Shown in pieces: positions 10,301-21,389 of a stretch of 64,000 nucleotides of DNA. Numbering within the stretch: the first letter of the stretch is position 1; each line of letters opens with the position of its first letter. The stretch covers positions 320,001 to 384,000 of the forward strand of contig CAWEJX010000006.1 in assembly GCA_963809485.1 (NCBI GenBank), written 5' to 3'. A program made the position numbers and the translations under genes. This DNA is from an uncultured Acidobacteriota bacterium (GTDB taxonomy: Bacteria > Acidobacteriota > UBA6911). The notes beneath the pieces were generated by a model, which saw only the letters and a program-made list of their open reading frames with translations, was not told the DNA's origin and made no database searches.

Positions 10301-11370
10301 GCCTCGCATGGCATGGAATTGTGTCCCGCGATAGGAACCACGATGTTGAGCTGCGTTCCCATGCCTGTTTCCGATTTTATAGTTAGAGTTCCCTTTGCCA
10401 GTTTGACCCGTTCCCTGATGGTATGAAGCCCCAGGCCTCCGCCTTTTTTGTCGCTCAGGATCACCGAATCCGGATTGAAGCCCTGTCCATTGTCTGCAAT
10501 CGCCAGCACGGCATACTCCGGCCTAATTTCGAGTTTTATGGAAACACGGGTTGCATGGGCATGACGGAGCACATTCGCCAGCGCTTCCTGGGCGATGCGA
10601 TAAAGAGCAGTTTCGATGTTCAGCGGCGCCCGAAGCGCCGCATCCTCGAAATCGGCATCAACAACGAGTCCCGTTCCTGCCAGGTGGGTCTTGATGTACC
10701 AGCGCAAGGTCGGCACCAGACCCAGATCATCCAGCATGACCGGCCTGAGGTCGTAGACACAAATCTTGATTTGCTCCAGGCTGTGCTCGATGAGCTGCTT
10801 GACTCCGGCAAGTTTTTTACGGGCATCCACGGGATTGCTGCCAATGGCGGTATCGGCCAGCTTCAGGTTGACGAGAGCGGTGGCCAATGTCTGGCTGGTC
10901 TGGTCATGAAGCTCCCGGCCTATGCGCTGCCGCTCCGCTTCAATGGAGTTTAAAAGCTGCGTCGTATGCCACAGGGATTCATCCTCCAGGCGGTCAATCG
11001 CATCACGGACAGAACGGATGACGCCGCCGATTGCGGGATCGGAATCCGAGCGGGCAACGATAGATGGGGATATCCCCTGATGAATCGATTCCACGGCTTT
11101 TCGGAATTCCGTGAGCGGACGGAAATAGTCGCGCATTATCAGGTAACCCGAAGTTATGGACACAGCAGAACCTGCAGCCCCCAGCACGACAATAAGGACA
11201 ATAGCCGGGAGGTCGTGAAGATGCCGGGAAAGCCAGACTCCGCCTACAGTTACTGAAACGATTATGAGTGCATTGGAAACCATCAGTTTGGCAGCCAAAC
11301 CAAGGTGTGTTGAAATACCGACCTCCAATCTAAGGCTTATACCGGATAAAGAATGAAAAAATCTTATCAC
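10297..11370 (-). CDS. HisKA_3 sensor histidine kinase with two TM helices and a HAMP-like linker
   Basis: ERQRIGRELHDQTSQ H-box, YRIAQEALANVLRHA, DNGQGF and GGLGL motifs; very short loop between the two TM segments. Confidence 0.93.
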   Translation of the reverse strand: MIRFFHSLSGISLRLEVGISTHLGLAAKLMVSNALIIVSVTVGGVWLSRHLHDLPAIVLIVVLGAAGSAVSITSGYLIMRDYFRPLTEFRKAVESIHQGISPSIVARSDSDPAIGGVIRSVRDAIDRLEDESLWHTTQLLNSIEAERQRIGRELHDQTSQTLATALVNLKLADTAIGSNPVDARKKLAGVKQLIEHSLEQIKICVYDLRPVMLDDLGLVPTLRWYIKTHLAGTGLVVDADFEDAALRAPLNIETALYRIAQEALANVLRHAHATRVSIKLEIRPEYAVLAIADNGQGFNPDSVILSDKKGGGLGLHTIRERVKLAKGTLTIKSETGMGTQLNIVVPIAGHNSMPCEA

Positions 11371-11458
11371 AGGATGTTATGAAGATGCAATCTGTTGCGA
11401 TTCCAATAATTCATGGGATTATCGATCTGCTTCACCCGTACCTGCGATGGATGATTTA

Positions 11459-11499
11459 TACGATATTAACCCTACTAATAGAATAGGGTAAAAACCTTA
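11459..11499. promoter_or_regulatory. Putative tandem response-regulator binding sites between the two-component genes and the hdr/mvh operon
   Basis: Two related 16-bp imperfect palindromes, TACGATATTAACCCTA (11459-11474) and TAGGGTAAAAACCTTA (11484-11499), in an AT-rich divergent promoter region. Confidence 0.4.
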
Positions 11500-11592
11500 T
11501 ATTATTTATAAGTATTATTTGACAATGGTGGATTCATCATGATACACAAACTGAAAGAAAAAATTTCTCAACACCCGCTCACGGAGGTCCTC

Positions 11593-13347
11593 ATGCGAAC
11601 AGGCGTTTATTTCTGCCAGGTGGAGCAAATGGATGGCCTGAATCTGGATGCGGTTGCCAAGTATGCATCCAATCTGCCTGAAGTGGAAACCGTCGAGACT
11701 CTTGGCGTTCAACCTCGACTGGATCCCCAGTTGCTGGCGGAATCTTTGAAGCGCAGCCGGATCGAACGTGTGGTTATTGCCGGCGATCAGCCCGGTTATT
11801 TCAAACCGATTTTTACAAGATCCATGGCGCTCGCGGGACAGGACCCCACCGAAGTGCGCCTGGCTTCCTTCCGTTCCCGAGGGGCTACCTTTCAATATTC
11901 CCTGGAGCGAGCCAAGGCCATCGTTGCCTGTGCCACTATGGCCGTGCCGTATGCTCTCGCTGCCATTCCGGCGGAAACACCGGTCCATCCTTCAACCCTG
12001 ATCATCGGAGGAGGTGTGGCAGGGATACAGGCAGCCCTGGAGATCGCCGATGCCGGCAGGCAGGTCTACCTTGTGGAAAGAAGCGGCACCATCGGCGGCC
12101 ACATGGCCATGTTCGACAAAACCTTTCCGACCCTCGACTGCGCGGCCTGCATTCTGACTCCCAAAATGGTCGCCGTTGGCCAGCATGACATGATCAATCT
12201 CATCACCAACTGCGAAGTGACGGAAGTGTCGGGAGCCCCCGGCGCGTACCGCGCGAAAATTTTGAAAAGAGCGCGCCGCGTGGACGCCAAAGCATGTGTG
12301 GCCTGCGGCATTTGTTCCGATGTCTGCCCCGTAAGCGTTCCGAGCGATTTCGATGCCAACATAACAACCCGCAAGGCCATTTATGTGCCATTCCCCCAGG
12401 CTGTGCCGAATGCCTACCTGGTGGACGCCTTGAGCTGCACTTATGTCCAAAGCAAAAAGTGCGGCGCCTGCGCCAAAAAATGCCCGAAGGAGTGCATCAA
12501 CCTGGAGGAACAGGACGAGACCATGGAAATTGACGTCGGCAATATCATCGTGGCCACCGGCTACGACGTGCTCGACGCCGGCAAGGTCGAGCGCTACGGC
12601 TATGGGAAAAATCCCAATGTGCTCACGGCGCTCGAATTCGAGCGGCTGACGAATGCTTCGGGTCCCACGGGCGGGAAAATTGTTATGAAAACCAGGCAGT
12701 TCAATAAACGCCTGAAAAAGGACGAGTGGACATTTGACGTCTCAGGGCCTCCGCCCCAAAGCGTGGCGATCATTCACTGCGTCGGGTCGAGGGATGCGAG
12801 CTACAACCCCTATTGCTCCCGGGTCTGCTGCATGTATTCCCTGAAATTCGCCCATCTCGTGAAAGAGAAACTGCATGACGCCGCCTGCTATGAGTTCTAT
12901 ATCGATATGCGGGCGTTCGGCAAAGGGTATGAGGAATTTGCCGAACGGATCAAGCAGGAGGGAGCGTTTGTCGTCCGCGGGCGTTCGGCAACAGTGACGG
13001 AAACAGACGGCCGCCTCGTCGTCAAAGGCGAGGATATTGTGAACGACCGGCTGCTCGAGTTCCCGGTGGATATGGTCCTGCTTGCTGTGGGCCTGATTCC
13101 CGCGCGGGGAACCGAGGACCTCAGCAAACTGCTGGGTGTCACGCGGGGACCGGACGGCTGGTTCTCCGAGCTTGACTACAATGGAAATCCCACGGATACG
13201 GAGCGCGGAGGCATTTACGTAGCCGGGATGTGCCAGGCGCCGAAAGACATTCCCGATACGGTGGCTCAGGCTTCGGCGGTCGCCGCCGGCGTTTTGCGAA
13301 GCATATCGAGCGGCAAGGGAATGGGCATTGGGATACTCTCTCGCTAA
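11593..13347 (+). CDS. hdrA: Heterodisulfide reductase subunit A-like FAD/Fe-S protein (copy 1)
   Basis: IIGGGVAGIQAAL, FDKTFPTLDCAACIL, two ferredoxin motifs, HCVGSRD..YCSRVCC and CQAPKDIPD. RBS GGAGG precedes ATG 11593. A probable indel near 13320 would extend the gene to about 13402. Confidence 0.92.
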   Translation: MRTGVYFCQVEQMDGLNLDAVAKYASNLPEVETVETLGVQPRLDPQLLAESLKRSRIERVVIAGDQPGYFKPIFTRSMALAGQDPTEVRLASFRSRGATFQYSLERAKAIVACATMAVPYALAAIPAETPVHPSTLIIGGGVAGIQAALEIADAGRQVYLVERSGTIGGHMAMFDKTFPTLDCAACILTPKMVAVGQHDMINLITNCEVTEVSGAPGAYRAKILKRARRVDAKACVACGICSDVCPVSVPSDFDANITTRKAIYVPFPQAVPNAYLVDALSCTYVQSKKCGACAKKCPKECINLEEQDETMEIDVGNIIVATGYDVLDAGKVERYGYGKNPNVLTALEFERLTNASGPTGGKIVMKTRQFNKRLKKDEWTFDVSGPPPQSVAIIHCVGSRDASYNPYCSRVCCMYSLKFAHLVKEKLHDAACYEFYIDMRAFGKGYEEFAERIKQEGAFVVRGRSATVTETDGRLVVKGEDIVNDRLLEFPVDMVLLAVGLIPARGTEDLSKLLGVTRGPDGWFSELDYNGNPTDTERGGIYVAGMCQAPKDIPDTVAQASAVAAGVLRSISSGKGMGIGILSR

Positions 13348-13477
13348 GCGAAATCGAGGCGCGTGCCAAAAACCTGGCCCGGGTCTCCGACAAGCCTGCA
13401 TAGCGTGCCTGTGTCCCGGATCGATGCTTTGATTGCGCGAATCTCAAGCAAACTGAAAGCGGCTCGAGGAGGTTACG

Positions 13478-14642
13478 ATGGCGATACGGGTGAATCCCAA
13501 GCTGATTGACGAGCTGGAGCGTTTCGGATCCGAGGATGTGCAGAACTGCTATCACTGCGGCAACTGCTCGGCTGTCTGTCCGCACGCGGACGACATGTTT
13601 GTCTTCCCGCGCAAGCCGATGCGTTTTCTGCAAATGGGTCTCGAGAAGAAACTGGAAAGGTCTCTGACGCCATGGCTCTGTTACTACTGCGGCCAATGCT
13701 CGGTGCAGTGCCCGAGAGAAGCCGAGCCCGGCGAGACCATGATGAGCATGCGCCGCTGGCTGATTTCCCGGTATGATTTTACGGGGATTGCCAGGCTCTT
13801 TTACATGTCCTGGAAAGGGGAACTGGCCTTCGTCGTCATCATCGCCTTGCTCACGGGCGCGGGACTGTCCGCCTATGGCTTGTCCAAGGGCGACATCGGC
13901 ATCTACGACGGCCCGGGAGCCTTCTTGCCCAGTTCCTTGATTCATATCGATCGACCTGGTTTTGATGGCCGTGCTGACCGTCTTGCTGGCCGTCAATATC
14001 ATACGGATGTGGCGATTCATAATGCAGGATGCCGCCAAGGCGCCCATTTCGTTTGGGCTGTATCTGAAGAAGCTCTATCTGCTGCCGGTGCATTTTTTCT
14101 CTCAGAAACGCTATGCCCAGTGCGACCCCGAAAACAAAAACAGCGTCCACTTCCCCTGGATCACTCACCTGGGAATCGTGCTCGGCTATTTCACGATGCT
14201 TGTGCTGATCATACTTTTTCTGGACCGTCTGCAGGCGGGTCCGGAAATCCAATGGCCGGTTCACGTGTTTGGCTACCTTGCAAGCATCGGATTGCTCATC
14301 GGGACCGTTTACGTGCTTTACGGCCGGCTGACAAAGACCCAGGTCCAGCACCGGCGCTCCCATAGCACGGATTGGATGTTCCTGTGGCTGCTCTTCTACA
14401 TGGTCGTCACCGGCATTATCCAGCATCTGCTGCATCGCGCCGGTTTCCCGGAGGCAGCCAATATTGCTTATGTCGCACATCTGATGGGCGTATTCCCCTG
14501 GCTGTTGAGGATGCCTTTCAGCAAATGGGCTCACATGATATACCGCCCGATCGCCATGTATATTGCGGGAATCATTCGAGAATCGGCAGCACTGGAGAAA
14601 GCGCCCCAACGTTCCACCCAGCATTTGCAGCCAGCCGCGTGA
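13478..14642 (+). CDS. QmoC-like protein (HdrC-type 2x[4Fe-4S] domain + heme-b membrane domain), split by a frameshift near 13949
   Basis: CYHCGNCSAVCP and WLCYYCGQCSVQCPR followed by a multi-TM His-rich domain ending PFSKWAHMIYRP. ORFs 13478..14365 and 13962..14642 join if one base is removed. Confidence 0.85.
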
Positions 14643-14654
14643 CGAGAGGTGATC

Positions 14655-16376
14655 ATGCCAAATTCCAGGATAGGGGTTTATATCTGCAACTGTGGTACGA
14701 ACATCGCCAAACTGGTCGATTGCGAAGCCGTTGCCAGGTTTGCTTCCGAGCAGCCGACCGTCGCAATCACAAAAACCTATAAGTACATGTGCTCGAATCC
14801 GGGCCAGGAAATGATCGCGCAGGATATCCATGAGCATGCTCTTGACAGTGTGGTGGTCGCCGCCTGCAGCCCGCGTATGCATGAACGGACCTTTCGCAGG
14901 GTGCTGCAAACGGCCGGGCTGAATCCCTATATGTGCGATATGGCCAATATCCGCGAGCACTGCAGCTGGGTTCACCAGGATGCGGCTGCGGCCACGGAAA
15001 AGGCCAAGGCGCTGACCAAGGCGTCGATCCTGCGTGTGGAACGGCATGAGGCTTTGGACCGGTTCTCCGTGGATATGTGTCCCTCCACGCTCGTAATCGG
15101 CGGCGGTGTCGCGGGTATGACGGCTGCCCTGGAATTAGCGGAGGCGGGCTACCCGGTCTATCTTGTGGAGAAAAAAGACCATCTAGGGGGAAACCTTACC
15201 CGGACGGACTTGACGGCTCCGTATCTCGACTCGGCGCGGGACCTGGTTACCGAGCGTATCACGCGTGTGCAGGAGAACCGCAATATTGAAGTCCTGCTCA
15301 ATTCTCAGGTTAAAACCCTGGAGGGATTTGTCGGGAATTTTACCGCCGGCATCGAGCGCGGCTCCCCACAGGCGGACGGCAAGGACCAGATTCAGGTCGG
15401 GAATGTGGTGGTGAGCACGGGCTACAAGGAATTTGATGCCGCCCGTATCAGCCATTATGGATATGGGAAGCTGCCGAATGTGATCACGTCCTTTGACTTT
15501 GAAAAAATGCTCCGCGCCGGCCGCATCCAGACCAAAGAAGGACGGATCCCTCAGTATGTGGCGATCCTTCACTGTGTCGGGAGCCGCAGCCAGGAGTTTC
15601 ACGGCTACTGCTCGCGCGTCTGCTGCATGACGGCGCTCAAGTATGTCCACGAAATCAAGTCGGCCATACCCAAGTGCTATGTTTCGGACCTTTATATCGA
15701 CATGCATGCCTTCGGCAAAGGGCACGAGGATTTCTATCGCAAGACCTCGGAAGTAAAAACCGTATTCCTGATGTACGGAAAGAACGAACACCCGGTCATC
15801 CGCAAGGCGGATCCCAAAGACGATTGTGAAATGATCATCGAGGTGAACGAGAAGCTTTCGGGCGAGAGGATCGAGATTCCGGCGGATATGGTCATTCTCA
15901 TGGTCGGCATGGAATCGCGAGAGGATTCTGCGCAGGTCGCCCGGCTGGTAAACATCAGCCAGGACAAGGACGGATGGTTCATAGAAAGCCATCCCAAGCT
16001 CGATCCCGTGGCCACAACCACCGACGGCATATACATCGCCGGCACTTGCGTCGCTCCCAAAGATATTCCGGATACCGTCGCCCAGGCGCGCGCGGCGGCC
16101 GCCCGCATCCTGGGCAAGATCGCCAGAGGGAAGATCGAAGTGGATGCCGTATTTGCCGAAGTGGACGAAACCCGCTGCTCGGGTTGCCGCATGTGCAACG
16201 AATTATGTCCGTACAGCGCCATTGAGTTTGACGAGGAAAAGAGACGCAGCAGGGTCATCAGCGCCGTGTGCAAAGCGTGCGGCTGCTGCGTCGCATCCTG
16301 TCCTTCCGGCGCCATTAAAGGACGTCATTTCACCGACCAACAGATCTTCGCGCAAATTGAAGGGGTGCTGCTATGA
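14655..16376 (+). CDS. hdrA: Heterodisulfide reductase subunit A-like protein (copy 2, QmoB-like)
   Basis: [56 protein letters not shown] and a C-terminal 2x ferredoxin motif. Confidence 0.93.
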   Translation: MPNSRIGVYICNCGTNIAKLVDCEAVARFASEQPTVAITKTYKYMCSNPGQEMIAQDIHEHALDSVVVAACSPRMHERTFRRVLQTAGLNPYMCDMANIREHCSWVHQDAAAATEKAKALTKASILRVERHEALDRFSVDMCPSTLVIGGGVAGMTAALELAEAGYPVYLVEKKDHLGGNLTRTDLTAPYLDSARDLVTERITRVQENRNIEVLLNSQVKTLEGFVGNFTAGIERGSPQADGKDQIQVGNVVVSTGYKEFDAARISHYGYGKLPNVITSFDFEKMLRAGRIQTKEGRIPQYVAILHCVGSRSQEFHGYCSRVCCMTALKYVHEIKSAIPKCYVSDLYIDMHAFGKGHEDFYRKTSEVKTVFLMYGKNEHPVIRKADPKDDCEMIIEVNEKLSGERIEIPADMVILMVGMESREDSAQVARLVNISQDKDGWFIESHPKLDPVATTTDGIYIAGTCVAPKDIPDTVAQARAAAARILGKIARGKIEVDAVFAEVDETRCSGCRMCNELCPYSAIEFDEEKRRSRVISAVCKACGCCVASCPSGAIKGRHFTDQQIFAQIEGVLL

Positions 16377-16807
16377 GCTTCGAGCCCAAGATTGTCGGAT
16401 TCCTATGCAACTGGTGTTCCTACGCAGGAGCGGATCTTGCGGGAACAAGCCGCATTCAGTATCGACCGAATATACGCATTATCCGCGTCATGTGCTCAGC
16501 GCGCGTGGACCCCACCTTTGTCGTCAAAGCGCTGACTCAGGGCGCCGACGGCGTCCTCGTCTGCGGATGCCATCCCGGGGATTGCCACTATTCGGAGGGG
16601 AACCACAAAGCCATGCGGCGGTTCCCCCTGCTTCAGAAGCTGCTTGCCGACTTGGGAGTTGAAGATGAGCGCGTGCGCCTGGAATGGGTCAGCGCCAGTG
16701 AAGGGCAACATTTCGCGGATATTGTCAACGACATGACGGATCGCATCAAAGTCCTCGGCCCGAGCCGAATCCCCGGCGTGTTGCAGGCAGACAGGATAGA
16801 GAGGTGA
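16373..16807 (+). CDS. mvhD: Methyl-viologen-reducing hydrogenase delta subunit ([2Fe-2S])
   Basis: [33 protein letters not shown] and WVSASEG motifs. Confidence 0.95.
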   Translation: MSFEPKIVGFLCNWCSYAGADLAGTSRIQYRPNIRIIRVMCSARVDPTFVVKALTQGADGVLVCGCHPGDCHYSEGNHKAMRRFPLLQKLLADLGVEDERVRLEWVSASEGQHFADIVNDMTDRIKVLGPSRIPGVLQADRIER

Positions 16808-16810
16808 ACC

Positions 16811-17777
16811 ATGGCGGAGAAAAAGCTACAGATCGCACTGTATTGGGCAGCTGCCTGCGGCGGCTGTGACGTCGCCGTCCTGGATACCAACGAGTTCATT
16901 CTCGACGTCGCCCAATTGGCCGATATTCGCCTGTGGCCGATCGCCGTCGATGGGAAATACAAAGATGTGGAAGCGATGCAGGACGGCGAATTGGATGTGA
17001 GTCATTTTTAACGGCGCCGTGCGCAACAGCGAGAACGAGCATCTGGCCAAACTCCTGCGCCGGAAAAGCAAAATTCTCGTCGCCTTCGGCTCCTGCGCGC
17101 ACATGGGGGGTATACCGGGATTGGCGAATCTGGCCAGAAAGGACGAAATCCTCACCCGGGCGTACCTGAATAATCCATCCATTGAACCTGGAAACCAGAA
17201 GACGCCGCGCCCTGAAACTCAGGTCAACGGATTCACATTGCATATCCCCCAATTCTACAAGCGCGTTTACAGGCTGAGCGATATTGTGGAGGTCGACTAT
17301 TTTGTTCCGGGTTGCCCGCCCGCGCCGCACCAGGTGAAAGCGGTCCTTCTTGCTATCGCCAAAGGCGACCTGCCGCCCAGGGGGTCCGTGGTTGGGGCCT
17401 CGGAGCTGACGGTCTGCGATGACTGCAAGCGCAAAAAAACAGAAAAGAAAATCAAACGATTCTACCGGCCTTATGAAATTATCCAGGATCCGGAGAAGTG
17501 CCTTCTCGAACAGGGAATTCTCTGCATGGGTTCGGCCACGCGCTCCGGATGCGGAGTTCGCTGCCCGGATACCGGACAAGGCTGCCGCGGATGTTACGGC
17601 CCCACTGCGAATGTCGTGGATCAAGGGGTGAAATTTGCCAGCGCGCTGGCCGCCATTATCGACAGCAAGGATCCGACAGAGATACAGGAAATTATCAGCG
17701 GACTGCCGGATTTTGTCAGCTTTGCTTACCGTTTTGGCATGCCGGCCTCTTTGCTGCAAAGGAGTTTGCGGACATGA
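16811..17777 (+). CDS. mvhG: Group 3c [NiFe]-hydrogenase small subunit, frameshift near 17000
   Basis: WAAACGGCD, AFGSCAHMGGIPGLAN, VPGCPP, VCDDC and CLLEQGILCMG...GCRGCYGP motifs. The two ORFs join if one base is removed. Confidence 0.9.
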
Positions 17778-19236
17778 CGAGAACCATCAGTATCGACCCT
17801 ATTACGAGGCTTGAAGGTCACGGCAAAATTGAGATATTTCTCGATGACGAAGGGGGCGTAAAGGACTGCTTTTTCCAGATCCCGGAACTCCGCGGCTTCG
17901 AGCGCTTCGTGGTGGGCAGGCCCATCGAGGAGCTGCCCCGCATTGTGACGCGAATATGCGGCGTCTGCCCGGCAAGCCATCATATGGCGAGCGCCAAGGC
18001 CGTCGACGGCTGCTTTGGCAACGAGGTGGCTCCCGTAGCGCACAAGCTGCGGGATATGTATTACCACGCTCATTACATCCACAGCCACATTGCCCACTTT
18101 TATGCTTTGGCGGCCCCCGATTTTGTTTGCGGCCCGGACGCGGATCCGGCCACGCGAAACATTTTGGGTGTTGTGGCAAAGGTCGGCCTCGAAATCGGCG
18201 GGTCCGTCATCAAAGCTCGTGCCATGGCCCAGAGGATTCAGCAGATTTTAGGGGGCCGTTTCACGCACCTCGTCTGGTGCCTGCCGGGTGGAGTCTGCAA
18301 GGGTCTGAACAAGGACGAACTGGAGACCATCAAGCCCATGGTCGGAGAGCTTTCGGCTTTTGCCGATTTTTCCATCAAGCTTTTCCACGATGTGGTATTG
18401 GCGAATCCCGCCTACGTGGACATCATTCTCAACGGGCCCTATACTCTTGACGTCCACAATATGGGCCTTGTAGATGAGAACAATGCTCCTAACTTCTATC
18501 AACGGCCAGGTCCGCGTCGTTGATTTCACCGGGCGGGAGATCTGCAAATATAAACCGGAAGATTACGCACAATATGTCGCGGAACATGTCGAGGAGTGGT
18601 CCTATCTGAAGTTCCCGTATCTGAGGAAGCGCGGCTGGAAAGGCTTCGTCGAAGGCCTCGATTCCGGCATCTACTGCGCAACTCCGCTCGCACGGTTGAA
18701 TGTCGCCGACCGCATGGCGACACCCAGAGCGCAGGAGGCCTTTGAAGAAATGTTCAAAACCCTCGGCGGCAAACCCTGCAAGGCGCTCATGGCCAACCAC
18801 TGGGCGCGGCTGGTGGAAATGCTGCAGAACGTCGAGATGCTGGAGCGCTATTGCGCCGATCCCGAGATCACCAGCGACAAGTTCCGCGTCGTTCCGCAAG
18901 GGCATTACGGGAGAAGGCGTCGGGATTGTGGAAGCCATGCGCGGCACTCTGACCCACCACTACACGTGCGACAAAAATGGCATCTGCAAAAGCGCCAATC
19001 TCATAGTGGGAACGACTAATAACAATGCTCCTATACAGATGGTTACCAAAAAGGTGGCCCAGGCTTTGATTAAGCCGGGGAAGGAACCGACTCAGGGGAT
19101 CCTCAACATGGTGGAAATGGCATTCCGCTGCTTCGATCCCTGCTATAGCTGTGCGACTCATTCTTTGCCCGGGCAGATGCCGCTTGATATTTCCATATAT
19201 GAAAACGACAAGCTGCGCTGGCATTTCAAGCGTTAG
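17774..19236 (+). CDS. mvhA: Group 3c [NiFe]-hydrogenase large subunit, frameshifts near 18500 and 18900
   Basis: IDPITRLEGHG, ELRGFE, L1 motif RICGVC, EAMRGTLTHHY, and L2 motif FDPCYSCATH followed by a cleavable C-terminal tail. Spread over three ORF fragments. Confidence 0.9.
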
Positions 19237-19238
19237 CC

Positions 19239-19760
19239 ATGGAGACCACTTCCCAAACAAGGAATATTCCCATCAAAACCTTACTCCTCGGGATGGGGAA
19301 TCCCTATCTCTCGGATGACGCTGTGGGAATCCGTCTGGTCTCCGATTTCAGCCGGAGGCACGGCAGCATCCCGAATCTTGATGTCCTGGAAGAGTGTTCG
19401 ATAGGGGGATTGAATTTGCTCGATCTCCTGGAGAATTTCGAGCGCCTCATTGTTGTGGACTCCATCAAAACGCAAGGAGGGATTCCGGGCAACTGGTATC
19501 GTTTCACCGCCGGGGAGCTTCGCGAGACAATGAATCTCAGCAATGTCCACGACGCCAATTTCGCGACCGCTCTGGAACTGGGACGCCGGATGGGAATGAA
19601 GATTCCCGCTGAGAGAGAGACTCACATCTTCGCGGTCGAAATTCTTGAAAATCTGGTTTTCAGCGATCGTCTGACGGAGGATCTCGAAAAAACCTACGCG
19701 GTCTATTCCGAAGAAATTTTCCGGGAACTCTGCTCGCTGATCGGCATCAGGCCGCTTTGA
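19239..19760 (+). CDS. Hydrogenase maturation protease (HybD/HycI family)
   Basis: LLGMGNPYLSDDAVG, LIVVDS and NVHDA motifs; directly follows the large subunit. Confidence 0.92.
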   Translation: METTSQTRNIPIKTLLLGMGNPYLSDDAVGIRLVSDFSRRHGSIPNLDVLEECSIGGLNLLDLLENFERLIVVDSIKTQGGIPGNWYRFTAGELRETMNLSNVHDANFATALELGRRMGMKIPAERETHIFAVEILENLVFSDRLTEDLEKTYAVYSEEIFRELCSLIGIRPL

Positions 19761-19823
19761 GCAAACTGGCAAATCCAGCTCCGCTGGGGGGACTCACAGA
19801 GTTTGGCAGTTCCGGGATCCTTG

Positions 19824-19857
19824 AACGCCGACACACACTGACAAAACGCTGACGAAC
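19824..19857. repeat. ACGCTGAC-family REP-like repeat (opening arm)
   Basis: aacgccgacac-acactgacaa-aacgctgacgaac, units with a period of about 10 nt. Confidence 0.55.
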
Positions 19858-19877
19858 AGCTCAAAGTCGACACCGAG

Positions 19878-20177
19878 ATGCTCCGCCTCGTGACCGCCAT
19901 TGTGCTTGCGGCAGGCGCGCTTGCCTTCGGAATATCCTTCGGATTTGGAGCGAAAGATATCGTCCGCAATATCCTCGCCGGCTTTTACGCGCGGAAGTTC
20001 CTCCAGATAGGAAAGCCGGTCGAGATCGCGGGCCAGCAGGGAACGCTGCGGGCCATTACGGCCACGCACACGATCCTCGATTCCGGCGAACGCAGCGTCA
20101 CGCTGTCCAATGCGACTTTTTGGATCAGGTCGGCAGGCGGACAACCTGGCTGCAAAAATGGCGGAAATCAACGCTGA
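19878..20177 (+). pseudogene. C-terminal fragment of an MscS/CmpX-like mechanosensitive channel
   Basis: ALAFGISFGFGAKDIVRNILAG..IGKPVEIAGQQGTL MscS signature; no N-terminal part and no RBS. Confidence 0.65.
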
Positions 20178-20381
20178 AAAAAAGCTTTGCCGGGTGACCC
20201 CCGGCCCTGCAGTCGTTGCCAAATGGATTGCACAGGCGCAAACTATGGAGGCAGCAATCCGATATTAGACCGATAACACTCAATGCGTTGTCGGCGTGCA
20301 TTTCCATCGGCTGCGAACCCAAAAACGGCGGCCGACCATCATAAATGCATCAGCAAATAGGATCTTTCGAAAGGAGATGTC

Positions 20382-20795
20382 ATGGACCGTCTTGAGGAGC
20401 TTAAGTTGAAGTACCAGTCAGTCCTGCGGCTTATCGAGCAAAAGGGCGTTCGGATGCACAATCTTCACTTGAAGGATAACAAGCTTTACCTCAAAGCTTC
20501 CGCGGGAACACAGGATTTGAAGAACGCCATCTGGGGGCAGATCAAGCTTGTGGATCCTGCCTACGCCGACTTGACATGCGATATCGTCGTGGATCCGAGC
20601 CTGGCTCCGCCGAAACCTGCTGCGCCGGAGGCGAAGACCTATACGGTTCAGCCCGGGGATACTCTGTCAAAGCTGGCGAAGCAGTTTTACGGAAACGCCA
20701 ACAGTTATATGAAGATTTTTGATGCCAACAAGGATCAGCTTAGCGATCCGAACATGATCAAGGTGGGCCAGGTGCTGAAAATTCCCAATGCCTAG
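20382..20795 (+). CDS. LysM peptidoglycan-binding domain protein (Kbp/YgaU-like)
   Basis: YTVQPGDTLSKLAKQFYG...IFDANKDQLSDPNMIKVGQVLKIP; RBS AGGAG. Confidence 0.92.
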   Translation: MDRLEELKLKYQSVLRLIEQKGVRMHNLHLKDNKLYLKASAGTQDLKNAIWGQIKLVDPAYADLTCDIVVDPSLAPPKPAAPEAKTYTVQPGDTLSKLAKQFYGNANSYMKIFDANKDQLSDPNMIKVGQVLKIPNA

Positions 20796-20913
20796 CGGGT
20801 TTACTGTATCGCGGCGATGCCTGGATCACGGTATCAACTGCAAATCGGGTAAGCATCCGGGCGAGAGGGAACAACCAGGGTACAAATTCAGGCAGAATTT
20901 TCGGGGATCAATT

Positions 20914-21273
20914 ATGAAAAAGGGAATTGCTGTTTTTGCTTTGTTTTTTTTGAGTATGGGAGTTTTCGGGATGGGATTGGCGCTGGCCGAGGAAGGCGTA
21001 GCGGTGCATTACAGCAACGCGTTTCAAGGCAAGCCGACGGCGAATGAGGAAACCTTCGATCAGGAAGGGATGACTGCGGCGCATAAGACGCTTCCGTTCG
21101 GCACCAAAGTGAAGGTGACCAACCTTGAAAACAACCAGAGTGTGGTCGTTACCATCAACGACCGTATGGCCCGGCGCAATCGCAACCTGATCGACGTCAC
21201 CCGGCGCGCCGCCCGGGAGCTTGGTTTCGAAAAGCAGGGACGCGCCCGTGTCAGCGTCGAACCCGTAAAATAG
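20914..21273 (+). CDS. RlpA-family (DPBB) lytic transglycosylase
   Basis: Signal peptide; TAAHKTLPFGTKVKVTN..VTINDR..IDVTRRAARELG. Confidence 0.9.
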   Translation: MKKGIAVFALFFLSMGVFGMGLALAEEGVAVHYSNAFQGKPTANEETFDQEGMTAAHKTLPFGTKVKVTNLENNQSVVVTINDRMARRNRNLIDVTRRAARELGFEKQGRARVSVEPVK

Positions 21274-21389
21274 ACGATCCTCAGGCAGGCCGGAACAGCT
21301 TTGCCGCTGCTGATGTAATCAATTTGTTTCCTTGAAAACAGAAAAAGATTCCCCCTGCTATTCCGCATTTTTTCATATAATTGAGAATT

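Noticed and set aside
11593-19236. Selenocysteine in HdrA, MvhD or MvhA
   Set aside because: The positions that can carry Sec in homologues are Cys here ([19 protein letters not shown]), and there is no in-frame TGA at these motifs.
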